From the NCBI RefSeq assembly GCF_964204645.1, contig NC_134034.1, forward strand, positions 4,374,814 to 4,438,813: a DNA stretch of 64,000 bases, read 5' to 3'. Shown one piece after another: positions 51,396 through 64,000 of the stretch. The stretch's first letter is position 1. Every line of letters begins with the position of its first letter. The notes under the pieces were generated by a model, which saw nothing but the letters and a program-made list of their open reading frames with translations, ran no database searches and was not told the DNA's origin. The DNA comes from Tubulanus polymorphus. Taxonomy: Eukaryota > Animalia > Nemertea. A program made the translations under genes and the position numbers.

Positions 51396-52252
51396 AATAA
51401 AGAAAGATGTCTCAGCTTCTTGACATTACAGGATCTAAAAGGGAATTACATAGCATTGTTAATATTGTAGTATCCCAAAATGTTCACAATAGTCAAATAT
51501 CATGTTTGTTACAGGTAATAAAAATACCCCTTTATTCTTTATTCTACAGGTTCAAGTTCCTTCCAAGAGTAATGGTCACAATCCTCTTGTTTCCTGTCAG
51601 TAATGCCTGCTGTGAACGAGTGTTTAGCACAATTAGAAAGAACAAGACAGATTTCCAATTCTGTCTTTCACCGAAAACTCTCATCTGCTTTGAGTCCTTG
51701 ATGATCTTGAAGATACGTGGTAGAGCCTGTCACCTGAATTGTCACAGTGGCAGCCTTTTGAACAGCTGCAAATCTTCAACCAGGCAGTCATTGCAAAAAT
51801 AACTTTCTTAACCGGAATGTTTTGAGAGACATGTTTTATCCTGTTAATATGATTGTTCTCATATTAAGTAGTTTAAGATGATATTCTCTGTTGGTTAACA
51901 AGTTTTTTTAGTATTATTGAGTGAATCACGATGTTCACTGTTTTTGTTAGTTTTCATTTTTATCATATTTTTAGCATGACAATCAAACGATCTAATCAGA
52001 CGATGTAACAGTTATTTTCACGTGTTGCTACAATCAAAAGTGTAAAATATAGTCATTTATTTGGTTGTAAGATTTACGTTTTTGTTCCTGGTAGTACTGA
52101 ATAGGATAGGACTTGGATTTATAATATCTCAACACTTCATTGATTGTTGACTGATTATTGACTGTTCAAATACCTGGTATATATGATATTTTGGTTAGCC
52201 AGAGTTACTTCCTGCATCATACTTTATCTAGAATTGATGATAAATTTTCCTT

Positions 52253-53467
52253 TTGGCAACTATTTTCTATGCAACAAATCTTCAAGGAGAACACAACCTT
52301 GTGAAGCTTTTACGTTGCTCTACCTCTACACCACATACTGGCGAAAATGAGTATAGAGAGCATCAAGAAGTATTATCTCGTCGTATTTCCATGATGCACC
52401 TAGTTCGAGAATCAGTTAAAGTTGATGGTGATTGTGCTTTCAGAAGTGTTGCTTTACAGTTACTTAAAGTTCAGAAAGATGAACATAACAACATTGATTT
52501 TAATGACCATCTTAATGCAGTTGGCCTTTTTAATGACTCTGATGCAAATACTTACATGTTACGACAACTATTAGTCGATAGATTGCTGCAAAATACTGAT
52601 ATGTACAACGGATTCTTTAGTATGAAACCAACTGAACTAACCTGAGCCGTCAGTGAATTTCGTACTAGTGGAGTTTACTCCGGTGCGGTTGGCGATATAG
52701 TGATGCTTGCCTCAAGTGAAAAAATAAGTCGTCCTATTGTTGTTGTCACTTCAATGCAAGCTATCCAAGTAATTCCATTCATTCCAGATCATTCCTTGTG
52801 TCCTACACCAGTTATAGTTGCATACAATAGCTATGGATCCGGTCATTATGATTCTACAAGGGATCAGGAGTCAAATTCATCTGTAAAAACCGTGAAAGTT
52901 GATGTCATTGATCACAGGGATGCTGCAACACTGCTTTCATGCCGCTGTGGAGGTGATCAAATAAAAAGGATTCCTGATTACAAGTTATGCGTTAACCTCA
53001 AAGAAAAAGTCAGGAATAGTTTGTAATTCAAAGTGCAAGTGTAAAAACTGTTTCAATCAAAATGATAAAGACCTTCAGTCTGTCCCTGGTATTGATTCCG
53101 ATGGAAACAAAGAAAAACAGAGGATGCGACAAAGCAACCGATATAAAAGAAAATGTGGCCTTCAGTACATGAAAGACCATGGTGAAGAACCTGGGAACAG
53201 GGAACCTGGACAGCATTTAAAAACTGCCTCATATAGTGCATTGAAGGGATGCTTTCAAAAACGAAAATAGCTGTTAATGAAGACAGCGTAGGCGAACTTT
53301 ACCACAATGTCTTCATTGAATCGGCACAATTGGATAAAAAAGTACCGATTCGTCAAAAAACTGGAAAACAGATACAAGGAAAATTACGTTATCAGAAGGG
53401 AGAAAGCATTGTAGATTTACAACTTGTGGCAAATCAACTTGGCCTGGAAATTGAAAAAAATAATTAA
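52253..53467 (+). pseudogene. OTU-like cysteine protease domain protein, probably transposon-borne
   Basis: VKVDGDCAFRSVALQL (catalytic Cys motif) and GSGHYDS (catalytic His); stop at 52643; downstream CRC...CKC motif. Confidence 0.75.
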
Positions 53468-53534
53468 TTGGTAAGCTTCTCAGAAGCCATGATTTTCTCC
53501 ATATTAAATGTTATGTACATGTGCCCTTATGAAA

Positions 53535-53720
53535 ATAAGTGCACTTTAAATGCACTTTAGCAGTGCATTTTAATGTGCACTCAAAAGTGCACTGAATTGA
53601 AAAAAAGTGCACTTTCTCCTAGAGTGCACTTTAAAAGTACATTTTGAGTCTATTCTAAAGTGCACTCAAAAAGTACACTAAAACTGCACTGAATTGGAAC
53701 AAAGTGCACTTCTCCGCCGG
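53535..53720. repeat. AGTGCACT subterminal repeat cluster ending in CCGCCGGG; candidate transposon right end
   Basis: About ten (A)GTGCACT palindromic units directly 3' of the OTU ORF; no matching left end found. Confidence 0.6.
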
Positions 53721-55799
53721 GAAAAAATCCTAGAAACCTAAATAGAAACTTGAATGCCCAATTTCATTCATGTCGTCTCCATTATTATTCGGCCTTATTT
53801 ACAATTTTAATAGTAATACGACTTTTCATATTGTTAGGCTTCTTCCTCCATGAATGCTGCTCTTTCAGCATTTGGGATTCGCGCTCACATAACCTGAAAT
53901 AACAAAAAGTGACAATGAATATAAGTAATGGTACGAAATGCTGTCTTAGTCAGTTATTGGGTCATGAATTTTAATCAAGTCTTGAGAGTGGGTCGTATCA
54001 GAGAGCCCCGAACCTTTGATGGGCACCGGCCATTTTAAAAGGTATGCAACTTTAAACCTTAGCCACCTGCATATTCTTACAATTACTTTGACATATAGTC
54101 TTAACCTTGAGCAGCAAGTTATCATTTAATGCTGTAATAAACAATGTGAACAAAGTTCTGTTTAAAAAGGAAATAGGTCAGGCCCCCCTAATTTTAAGTT
54201 CGATTATTATTTGCAGATCTGTAGCAACGTCAGCTATGGATATCAATCTGTTTGATTCCGGTTGTCAATGAAAATGAGGCACCTGTAAAACTCAAATACT
54301 ACAAACTACTAACTACTAATTACTTGCACTTGGTTTGACGAAAGAGAAGCCTTTATTGAATGACCAATCCCTTTGAGCATATGGCCTTTTAAATATTTGG
54401 TGTCCAGTACAGCAATCATAAATAAATCGCCCATAGACATGCTGAACAATTTGCTGCTATAATCAAGAGCCAACTTCTTTATGGAAAGATCTAAGACCAT
54501 CCACAATATAAGTCAACTGGAGAAAGATTTTGTCTTTGTTTCGCGTACAATCTAAGCGAAGCAAAGACAAAATTAAATGGGGTTCTTGTAACAAGTTGCT
54601 CGACAACAGTTTTCAATCAACACTTACCATAACACAAATCCTCGATTTCAGTAATTTTTTCTTGCTGAAAGTACATATACTTGCCTAAATCAATAGAAAT
54701 AAATGGAAAATTTAATTTTATAAGTTATTATATAAATGTAGAAATAATTGGCACATACTGTGCAATACCTGATCATTCAGTACATCATAATTATCGGAAT
54801 CGTGGCGACTATGGTTAGTCGTTTTTCGCTACTGGACACCAACGACGACGACAGGCAGCCGGACCATACGAGTGCCAGTGCGCCGCCACCTTCGACCGAC
54901 GACTTGGTCGTTTTTCGCAACTGGACTCGATGATGATCGTACGTGGTTGCCGGCCTCCAGTATCCTTGTAGTAGTTTCATCTGTAAAATGTATATCAATA
55001 ATACCATACAAACCAGCCTCTTTCATTACTGGACAGATTGTGATTTAAAAAACGCTCATGGTGTAATCTAGGCCTACTTATTACTTACATTAACATTACA
55101 TCCCATTCATCATGAATGAAATTGAAATTATTCATGTATAATTACATCAGCTCAGAGTTACCTAGTTCTTTTAATTCCTATTTTCAAAAGGGCACCAATT
55201 TCCGCAGTTATGTTACTCGAAATAATAACTCATTTCGCATCGATACCGAAAGCCACATTAATTGCGAAATCTAACTAGATTTATAGTGTCGTATTCTTCT
55301 TATTTTTTGCCTTCTATCATGGAGTAATTTGAAAATGAAAATAAGAGTCTGCTGCAATTAAAGGAAAACCCCTACGACAACGAAAACTGAAAGTTACAGG
55401 CAAAAAGAAAGATTTTATTGAGCGGTAAGTTTGACATTGCTTTGACCGTCCCGGGCTCATCAAATTCACCGCAACCTCAATAACGCGGAATATTTCCAAG
55501 TAGTAGTATTTGAGTGTTTAGATTTCATAGATGAATGTTTAATTTTATGATATTTAGGGATTATTATTGGAATGTGACTGCCTTGTTGGCAGAGCTAATT
55601 TGACAGCTGACTCTCCGCTAGCGCCATCTATCGAACATAAATTGAAGCTTTTGTCAGCTTTTAGAGCCACTAAACATCATTTTTAGCTTTGTTTATTTTG
55701 GACTTAAAACAATGAATAATGAAAAATCCATCAACTTTTGACATTTGCAGTGACGCCGGTAATCACTAATACCTTAATACCATAGGCCTCACATACTCT

Positions 55800-58700
55800 C
55801 GATGGATTTTTGCATTGAAAAAAGACATTCATTCAGGAGTTCATTCGATTTTTCCATCTGTAACATCGAACAGGATGAATGAATTTTTTCAATGTAACGG
55901 ATTGACTGCAGAGAAAAAGTTTATAGACTTGTATAAAGAAAGGTATTTTTGTTTTAGAAATTTTTCGTTTTTTTAATTAAGTTGTAATTTCTTATATTTA
56001 TGCTGTGATTTTCTACAAAGGCTTAAGTGCAGTTCAGCTGAATAGAATGTAGATATGAATCAATTTTGGTAGAATATATTTTTTTCAAATTTCAGATATC
56101 TCAGATAAGTTCGATCTGCTCAGGTGGGCGATGTAGTTTTTGTCACATCCTGTGTTTGGGCTGAGATGAAAAAGACAGTAAGTTACAAGGTTGATCTAGC
56201 AATAGACAAGTTAGGAGTCATTATAGAATCTCAGTCTGATTGCGCAGTGGGCCAGGGACCATCCGCCCATTGCAAACACGTGGGCTCTACTCTGTATGGA
56301 CTGACCAAATTTTGTCTGAATAAATTCATTCTAACAGAGCTGACTTGTACGCAGGTAATGAGCATTTTAGCATAATGTTGATTCAATTATAACAAACGAT
56401 TTAGTTTATGTTGATAACAATTTTTTACCTGAGGATGTGAAGAAAAAGATTGTAATATTTGGTTAAAATCAAAGCCATCATTAAGATTAATTTAGTGTTT
56501 TTTGGTTTACCTTTGTCAGCGATATGAAGTTGGCATTGAGCCAATTCATGTAAAATCGCGGTACGTTTTTTATGTGAGCATTTGTTTCATTAATTCTCGG
56601 CTTAAACGACGAATTATCGATGCGATTGAAGACACGGCGAACCTCCGTCGATGACATGGTCAACATTGATAAAATTCTACAAAAAAATGTTTTTGGCGGG
56701 AAAATCCTTATCTCTCGCGTATAAAATTGCAATGACCTCGATTGAGGTGCGTTGTCTCTACGAGCGAATGTTGTTTTTGGGATATACGGGGAATTCCGGC
56801 GCTACTAAAATAATTATGGGAAAGTCATAGAATGGCGAACGTTTCACTGGACTAGGTGCGTGTACGTGCGAATTTCAAATGCTCATTGCTGGTGAAAATG
56901 TAAATTATCCGCCATAGGTATTGTTTCATTTTAATACCCGGTGATTGATTTGATTGACATTGAAGTGTAAGCGAACATTCACTTACACAAGGCCTTCACG
57001 TGCGCGCGGAAATCATTAGACTGCTGCACACACAAACACACGCGCGTACAGTATACACTACTATAGTGGTACTGTAACGCTGCTTGCTGGAGCGTTTGAC
57101 ATTTCATCAGCAGAAGATGAGCGCTGTGTTTTCTGTTTGATAGAATTTGTAATAAATTGTAATTTCTTGTGACCTAGAAATACTAAGCAGCAAACTATAG
57201 GTATAGGTCGAGGTCTGAATATTGTAATGGTAAATTCCAGGATTTAAATCGATCTAATACGCCGATTTCTTACTGCACTTGTATTTTAGCTTCCGCGGCC
57301 ATAAAATTCAGCCATCCTCTGATATGTGACATCATATGAATTTTATTTGAATATTTTTTTCATATTATGAAAAATATTTCTTTGAAAATATAAGATAGTT
57401 TGTTTCCATGCCGCGCCTACCTGTACCCTACGAAATGTTGGATGTGGACCGTAAACAAATGTATATCTTTGGTCTTATTTGACTACAAAATAATCCTTTA
57501 AGAAAGATAAAATACAATATTTAAACTTGTAGAACTTTGAAGTCTCGAATTAAAAAGATTTTTCAAGCAATGCCCTTACCCCAAACAACCTCTAGCTTTC
57601 AAGGTAAACCACACTCTGCGATGGGGAATTTATTTTTTTTTATTTAAAGTTTCATCGAATTAAATTGTGTATATAACATTTATTCTTCTGCAGGTTTTGC
57701 AAAAATTCCATCGGGCTACAACCAGGGAATTGTACCAGGTCAGTGGCAAAAAAAAATTGCCACTATACGACCCTCGACCTCTGTCAACAGGCGGAATCCA
57801 GGAAGAAAGCCACTATATATTTGGATGGATATATGAAAGCTGTGGGTACTGGAGTGTGTAATGGGTAGTGTAGTGTGATCACACAGATCACATTGTCCAT
57901 AGGGGTTTAGTCCAGGACTCGCGAGATTTTCAACAACACGGAAGTAACGTGTAATAAATGATGACTTGAATTTTATGACTACCTACCACCCCTCATTATT
58001 GTTGGAAAACTAAACGTTCCGCACTGACTAAAAATTAGTAATAATAATCAATAACATTTTAGAAATGGCCAGAATTTTAACTTAGGTTCTATCTCATTTT
58101 TATTTTACAATTGCGATTGGTATGATTTTTTTTAAACGACCGTTAAGGCTTCATGTTTCGTCTGCAATTCACTGCAAATAGTTACGCAACTACGCACATT
58201 TCAGTGTTTTTGGCAGCCGTACACTCAATCGGCACCGTTCGTGACTAGCTTCACTGCGGAATTATCATTAATAAACATCGCCATATCACATCATCAACTT
58301 ATATTGTGCCTTAAAACGCTAACAGCCGAAATAATTGAAATACACACACGATTTCTATCATTGAAAATTGAGAGAATGGCCGTGTTTGTGTTCTGCTGCT
58401 TCGCGTAAATCCCGCGGGGTGGCGCCACCGCGCGGAGTGGGGCCAATACGTCCAGAAGTCAATCAACTGATGATGCAGCAATAAGTTTTGAATCATCAGG
58501 TTAGTATAAATTGACAAAAATTACTTTTATGTAAAGAAATTTTGAGCCTTGACTGACACTTATGTGATTTTGAAGTATTATTATTTTTAAAATTCGCAAA
58601 AAGATGAATTTTCTATTTCTATCTTTTCAGACGAAGTCAAGGTTACCAGTGCTGCATTTATACGAACCAGCTAACATCAGAGGGATCGCCCATGACCATG

Positions 58701-59480
58701 ACTACATGGTCCTCTCATACGAAGACCACTATCTCGAAAAAGCCAAGGTAACTGCTGTTTATTTGAGAGTGACATGTAATATTATAAGTAGCTTCTCTTC
58801 CTACTTTCTCTCCTTTCGGATCAGAAACATACGTGATTCTGATATAGCGGAAATTCAGAAAAGACACTTGGCCAAGCGGTTCTTGGCGACAGGAGCGATG
58901 CATGAGACTCACAGCATCAAAATTTGGTGAAATAAGTCATATGACAGACAAGAAAAATGTTCCGAATTTGTTATTACGGTTAACATCAAATTCAAAACTA
59001 AAATTTTATGCAATAAGCCATGGAGTAAAATATGAAGGTATAGCTGTGGAACAGTTTGAGAAGCTGACTGGATTATCAACAGTGGAGTGTGGTTTCAAAG
59101 GACAGACCGATGTTGGCAGCTTCCCTGATAGACCGATACCCTCTTTTGACTGTATTTTGGAAATCAAATGCCCATTTGCAGCGAGAAACCACGAAATTTC
59201 TCCTGTGACTGTACCATATTTAGTTAAAGTTGACGATGGAAGTTTGACTCTAAAGCCTGACCATCCTTACTATTATCAGGTTCAGAGTCAAATGTACTGT
59301 ACCGGGAAAAGGAATTGCTCATTTGTTGTTTATACATTCAAGGGACTAGAAATTATGCTGATACCGTATGATAAAGATTTCGTAGACACCATGCTCCAAC
59401 AACAAGACACATTTTATCTGAATCATTTCAAGAAGTATATTATTCAAAATATCTGTACAAAAATGTTTGGAAATATAACT
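55800..59480 (+). pseudogene. SWIM zinc finger + YqaJ (lambda exonuclease-like) protein, ISL2EU second gene
   Basis: Exon ~56096-56354 with DCAVGQGPSAHCKHVG (SWIM); 58902+ RLTASKFG, HGVKYE, SFPD, LEIKCP, YYYQVQSQM (YqaJ); GT-AG exons ~57694 and ~58631-58747. Confidence 0.88.
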
Positions 59481-60369
59481 TTTGGTAACCTGATTTTACA
59501 GTCGTCTCGTACTTTGGTCAACTCGTACCTGGTCAACTTGTACCCTATCTTCGGTCAACAAATTCAATCTTTTGATCAGTTCAAATGCACCAATATCTCG
59601 AGCACAATTACAGTATTTTGACCAAAGATAGAGTATGAGTTGTCCAGAAATGAGTTGACCCAGATACGAGATGACTGTACTTCGTTTAGAATAGAATGAC
59701 CGTTCTTCTTATGCATTTACTGGAATGATACATGGTCTGAAGTTACATAAATAAAAACAAACCGATATTATTGCAAATCTGTCTCTGTAGTATTTAATGG
59801 CGTCCTGAGGATCCTATAAGTCTTGGCTAACCCAATTATACGTTCAACATGAACCCACTTGCTGGCAATTTTCCGGTCTCTCGTCACACTTTTACCTGAC
59901 ATTCTACTTTTCTTTTTAAAAAATTCTGGTATGTTAATTTGAACATTGGAAGAAAAAACAAGTCCTGTACATTAAATCCTTCGTCCGCCATTATAGAGTC
60001 GCCTTCATCGCATATTTGACAAAGGTGTTCCCATTCACAATTATGTCGGTCACTTACAGCACCACCATAAGCACTTGACACATACTACACACAGCCACCT
60101 GGTGTAACACCAACGAGAACTTTAGCCAGTCCATATCGAAAAAATGACAATACATAAAGTTTATCCACGTAATGAAAATATTTGAAACCTCTTTTTCGCT
60201 TATTTCAAACAACACAGACAATTTGTAATTAGTTTGAGCTAAACGCAGCTTAACAAGTGTCAGAAATAATTGATCGATGGGAGCGATTCTGGGTTTGACC
60301 CCAGGTTTGACCCCATAGTAGTAGTGAAGTTCATCAACAGCATCCCCTAAGATAATAAGTATCAACAGG

Positions 60370-61682
60370 CGGTGTTGTCATATCGCGGAGAGACGGAATC
60401 GCGGAATTTTTTCCAAAAACGCGGAATTTCTTCATTTTTACTTTAAAAAGTAAACGGGTTTTCCCACGGGGATACCCACTGTCGGACAGGGCACCGGACC
60501 GATCGATGCAACGAGTTAGGTTCGAATCCCATTATTTGCAGGCAATTTTATATGGAATTGTTATATTACGATACCGTTGACTGGGCCAAATTCGGTTTTC
60601 GTATCTAGTCAACTAGTGGTCGGAACTAATAACCGAATGCGCTTGATTTTCGGACTATTTCCGGAATATAGTTCCGACTATCGGACATTCGGTTTCGTTT
60701 AGTTCGACTATACTCGACTAACTCAGATAACCGAAGGTGGCCCTGGCTGCCACCTGTAGAAGAAGTCAGAATCAAGTGGGGTGAAAGAGACCAGGCACCT
60801 AATGTCTATTTCTACTGGGCAAACTTCGGTTATCGAAGTTCATCGACTTTTTGAGAACTTCAGAAACGAATATTATCAGATAAATATTGAGCACGTTCGC
60901 GGTGTCGGACCGTAGTTGTAGATGGTTGCAAACATGAAATCCTACGACCAAACAAGTACCGGTTCAAATTCCTTTGCAATTATTATAATCTTACGGCCGT
61001 CCAGTACCGGTACCAATAAGATTCTTTTGATCCAAATAATCAGCATAGGGACATATATGTTATAGCAGTCACAAAGTTAACATTAAAAAAAACGAAACCA
61101 TTTTATAATCTTTCATATCATTTAATTCTAAAAGATAAACCACATTCGCTTATAACAACAATGTAGACACACAACACGCATGAACAATCCTAAGCCAGAA
61201 TGAAATATACATAATGTCTATTTATTTTCGTCTGACATCGATCCAGTTCCACAGTTGTGAGTTAACTCTCAGTTACTTAGAATCAATTCATTTCCAATGT
61301 TTTAAATCCAGAGACCAGAGTCAAATGTTAATTCGGAAATGAGTCCTGGAGAATGACCCATGGTGTCATCACAAATCCTACGTTTACGTACCATCGGTTT
61401 GTATTCCTTCAGTTAATGCAGCGATACTCTGTATCACTGAATTCGCAAAGCACGTATTGCCTAGGTTCTCCATTATTTGGAACAGTATCGTTAAGTTGTT
61501 GACTGGCGATATAATAAATTATCAAATACTAATTCCCGGTGTTGAAAACCTGGGTCCGGTGCCCTGTCCGACAGTGGGTATCCCCGTGGGAAAACCCCGT
61601 TTACTATTTATAGTAAAAATGAAGAAATTCCGCGTTTTTGGAAAATTCCGCGATTCCGTCTTTCCGCGATATGACAACACCG
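60370..61682. mobile_element. Non-autonomous MULE-like element inserted in the ISL2EU transposase
   Basis: ~130-bp TIRs (60370-60500 / 61553-61682) and exact 9-bp TSD ATCAACAGG; excision restores the frame ...YETALLILIILG.... Confidence 0.92.
60584..60742. mobile_element. Small Harbinger-type MITE nested in the MULE-like element
   Basis: GGCCAAATTCGGTTTTC / reverse complement GGCCACCTTCGGTTATC; CTG on both flanks. Confidence 0.6.
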
Positions 61683-62238
61683 ATCAACAGGGCGGTTTCA
61701 TAGGATTCGAGCCCGGTATAATACTGTATCCGCTGAGGCTTATACATGAAATTCAACACACTCATTCCGCCAGTTGATATTGTCTGTGTCCAACTATCTT
61801 GCAGGCATATTTTTCCATTTTTTTTAGTTCCTGAAATATAAGTACAAGAAAAACTTTCAGCTTTTTGAAAATATTTATAGAAACCTGAAAAGGGATGCCA
61901 TTGGATTTTAAGAAAAATTTTATCAGAAGCTTGCCATCCAGATCTAGCAGTGCTTACCCTCAGAACTTATATCTTCAGTTTCTGGTGTTTCAGTTATTAC
62001 TTCAATGTCAGCTCCAATGTCACAAGGCACAATCGAACTGTCCTCTATAAACAACCTTTTCTTCTAATCGCTGTTTTCTTTTCTCAGCAGAAGAAGAAAC
62101 CTGTCTCCAGGGAAAAATGTGTGGCACTACCCCAGCTTTTAAAACTTTATTAACAGTGGTCTCCTCTGCAAAACACAATGAAAACAATACCTAATTATCT
62201 AGCTTTTTGAGAATAAACGAAAATGAAAAACAATCCCT

Positions 62239-62501
62239 AATTGATAAGTTAAACGAGACTTACCTGGAAGTTGAAGTTTGACTGTAATTCTCCGGAGTGA
62301 GGTCGAACTGGTAGGGATAAAATGAGATATGCACGCATGCGCCGAACACTCAGTATTTAACAACTTTTTATGAGCCCAAATCCCATAAACATTGGGTAGG
62401 GTTTATTCGGATGGGCATTTTATCCCTACCAGTTCAACCTCACTCCTGAGAATTACAGTCAAACTTCAACTTCCAGGTAAGTCTCGTTTAACTTATCAAT
62501 T
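62239..62501. repeat. DIRS terminus / internal complementary region, 86-bp inverted repeat
   Basis: 62239-62324 is the near-perfect reverse complement of 62416-62501. Confidence 0.9.
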
Positions 62502-62717
62502 CTCCGTCGTTTCGGTCTCACTAGTAGGGATCCAATGAGACTTTAAAGTGGGTGAATAAAAAGTTTCTACAATCAACAGAGATTGAAAACAACAATCCAT
62601 ATCGAAACAATAAAATCACCTCTTTATTTACCAATAAGATAAGACTTATCAGAATCATCAAAATTTTACAATATACCAATTCCTGAATCATAACTCACAT
62701 GGATAGATAAAATATAC

Positions 62718-63640
62718 CTATTCACAGTCCAAACCAGCTATTTGAAAACTAGTTGACGCTGTATTAGACAACTCTATGTCTTTATTGTAAAATCTCGCAA
62801 AAGTGGACGATCTAGCCCAACCAGCTGTCTTCATAATATGATCCAATGGCACTCCTACTGACTTTGCCTTGGATGCCGCTGCTGATCTTATACTATGAGG
62901 CTTATATTTATCAACATCAACTCCTGCTTCAGACATAGCCTGTTTAACCCATTTTACTGATTGTTTGCTTACAAACTTTTGTATATGGTTTAACATAACT
63001 AATAAAGAAACTAGTCTCATTTCCTCGCATTATCTTAGTTCTCTTCAAATATTCACAGATGGTTATATATGGACAAATCTTTTTATTTTTGTCAAATCTA
63101 GGTATAGATGCTACATAGGCCTTTTGCCCTTGTCTCGACTGTTTCAAAGCATTCGCTTCATAGAAAAATTCAAACTTATCCAGTTCTTTCTTCATACGAG
63201 TACAATCTAACAAAAACATATTCTGCCCTCTTGCAGCAATAACTAAAGATAACAAAATTACAGTTTTCAATGTTAACTGCTTCAAACTCAAAAAACGTAA
63301 CGGCGACAGTTTTTCTGCCCAACGTAAGACGATACTCACATCCCAAGTAGAATTATACCTGGGCTCTGAGGGCCTCATATTATATACCCCTCACATAGAT
63401 CTTACTACTAATGGGTGCGAGCCAATATTCGACATAGTAATTTGTGATATAGCTGATCTGGCAGTATTTAACGACCTATACGATAAATTATCATCAAAAA
63501 GTTCTGACAGAAATTTCAAAACTTCAGTGACATCCACCTGCATTGGATTAATCTGTTGTTTATCGCAAAACTGTTGCCATCGCGTAATATGTGTGGCATA
63601 CTGTTTCTTAGTACTGCACTTCCACGAACACCACATAAAC
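62718..63640 (-). pseudogene. Tyrosine recombinase, frameshifted
   Basis: SLNTARSAIS, HPLV, RP..PRY..TWDV, AAR, HSIRSAAASKA, AGW...TFARFY. Confidence 0.92.
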
Positions 63641-64000
63641 TGAGCAGCCCGTTCTGGAATTCTATGTTGAGCCTGTGCAGTCCAGAAACCTTGCAGACTA
63701 TCAGTTTCAGTCTTTCGCGCATCGGGTGTAGAGTTGTTTGATCCGGTAATGTTAACAGATTGTTCATGTTTGGTAAAATCATTGGCCGTTCCACGAGGAG
63801 GTGCATCAACTGCTTAAACCAAATCTGCGTCGGCCATAGAGGCACTATGATGACTCCTAACGCTTGGTCCTGTCGAATTTTCTTTAAACATCTGGATATC
63901 ACACTGAAAGGAGGGAACAGATAACTATTATAATTTGTCCAGCTAATCGTGAATGCATCAATAAATTTTGCCCCTGGGTCTGGTTTCCACGACGCATAGA
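63516..64000 (-). CDS. DIRS DNA N6-adenine methyltransferase-like domain (partial)
   Basis: YASWKPDP...IDAFTISW...YLFPPFSVISRCLKKI...IIVPLWPTQIWF; overlaps the recombinase ORF as is typical for DIRS. Confidence 0.85.
   Translation of the reverse strand, partial: YASWKPDPGAKFIDAFTISWTNYNSYLFPPFSVISRCLKKIRQDQALGVIIVPLWPTQIWFKQLMHLLVERPMILPNMNNLLTLPDQTTLHPMRERLKLIVCKVSGLHRLNIEFQNGLLSLCGVRGSAVLRNSMPHILRDGNSFAINNRLIQCRWMSLKF

Larger units (their letters stand above)
59712..62170 (-). pseudogene. THAP + HTH + DDE_Tnp_4 transposase of an ISL2EU element
   Basis: LKAGVVPHIFPW (THAP, ~62105-62150), IQYYTGLESY, DQLFLTLVKLR, AYGGAVSD, IMADEGF, VHVERIIG; convergent with the YqaJ gene. Confidence 0.85.
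62239..64000 (-). mobile_element. 3' part of a DIRS1-like tyrosine-recombinase retrotransposon
   Basis: Tyrosine recombinase and methyltransferase-like ORFs plus the terminal/ICR inverted repeat; runs off the window end. Confidence 0.93.

Noticed and set aside
53800-55500. Possible - strand multi-exon gene
   Set aside because: Splice-like signals are present but I could not assemble a coherent frame or recognise a domain.
56481-57500. Kolobok-like TTAA-flanked insertion in a YqaJ-gene intron (similarly 32340-33665)
   Set aside because: Ends look suggestive but I could not match TIRs convincingly.
62258-62268. U1 snRNA 5' end (ACTTACCTGG)
   Set aside because: No further U1 similarity; it is part of the DIRS terminal repeat.

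Overview
Eukaryotic (invertebrate-like, spliceosomal introns) genomic window. The left third holds two host genes on the + strand: a divergent multi-exon ionotropic glutamate receptor-like gene (~6.7-14.2 kb) and a two-exon somatomedin-B/7TM (Methuselah/adhesion-like) GPCR (16.2-19.9 kb). The rest is a dense nest of mobile DNA: a composite Merlin-ended element carrying a Harbinger gene pair, SINE/LINE/MITE relics, Zator-, Transib/RAG1-like, hAT, OTU and ISL2EU fragments, and the end of a DIRS element. The centrepiece is a 15.1 kb, very AT-rich endogenous Polinton/Maverick-like virus (36286-51395; 6-bp TSD AATAAA) with pPolB, integrase, packaging ATPase, major and minor capsid genes, inserted in a hAT transposase and now decayed. 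Three features of this virus stand out: (i) a conserved TAATTTTTT-N-TA(A/T)ATAAATG motif in front of its virion-module genes, resembling a poxvirus late promoter; (ii) ~190-bp palindromes forming both termini; (iii) twin hairpins where its convergent transcription units meet. Together they suggest, by inference only, a virophage-like element transcribed by a helper large DNA virus. All family assignments come from motif recognition by eye; no searches were run.
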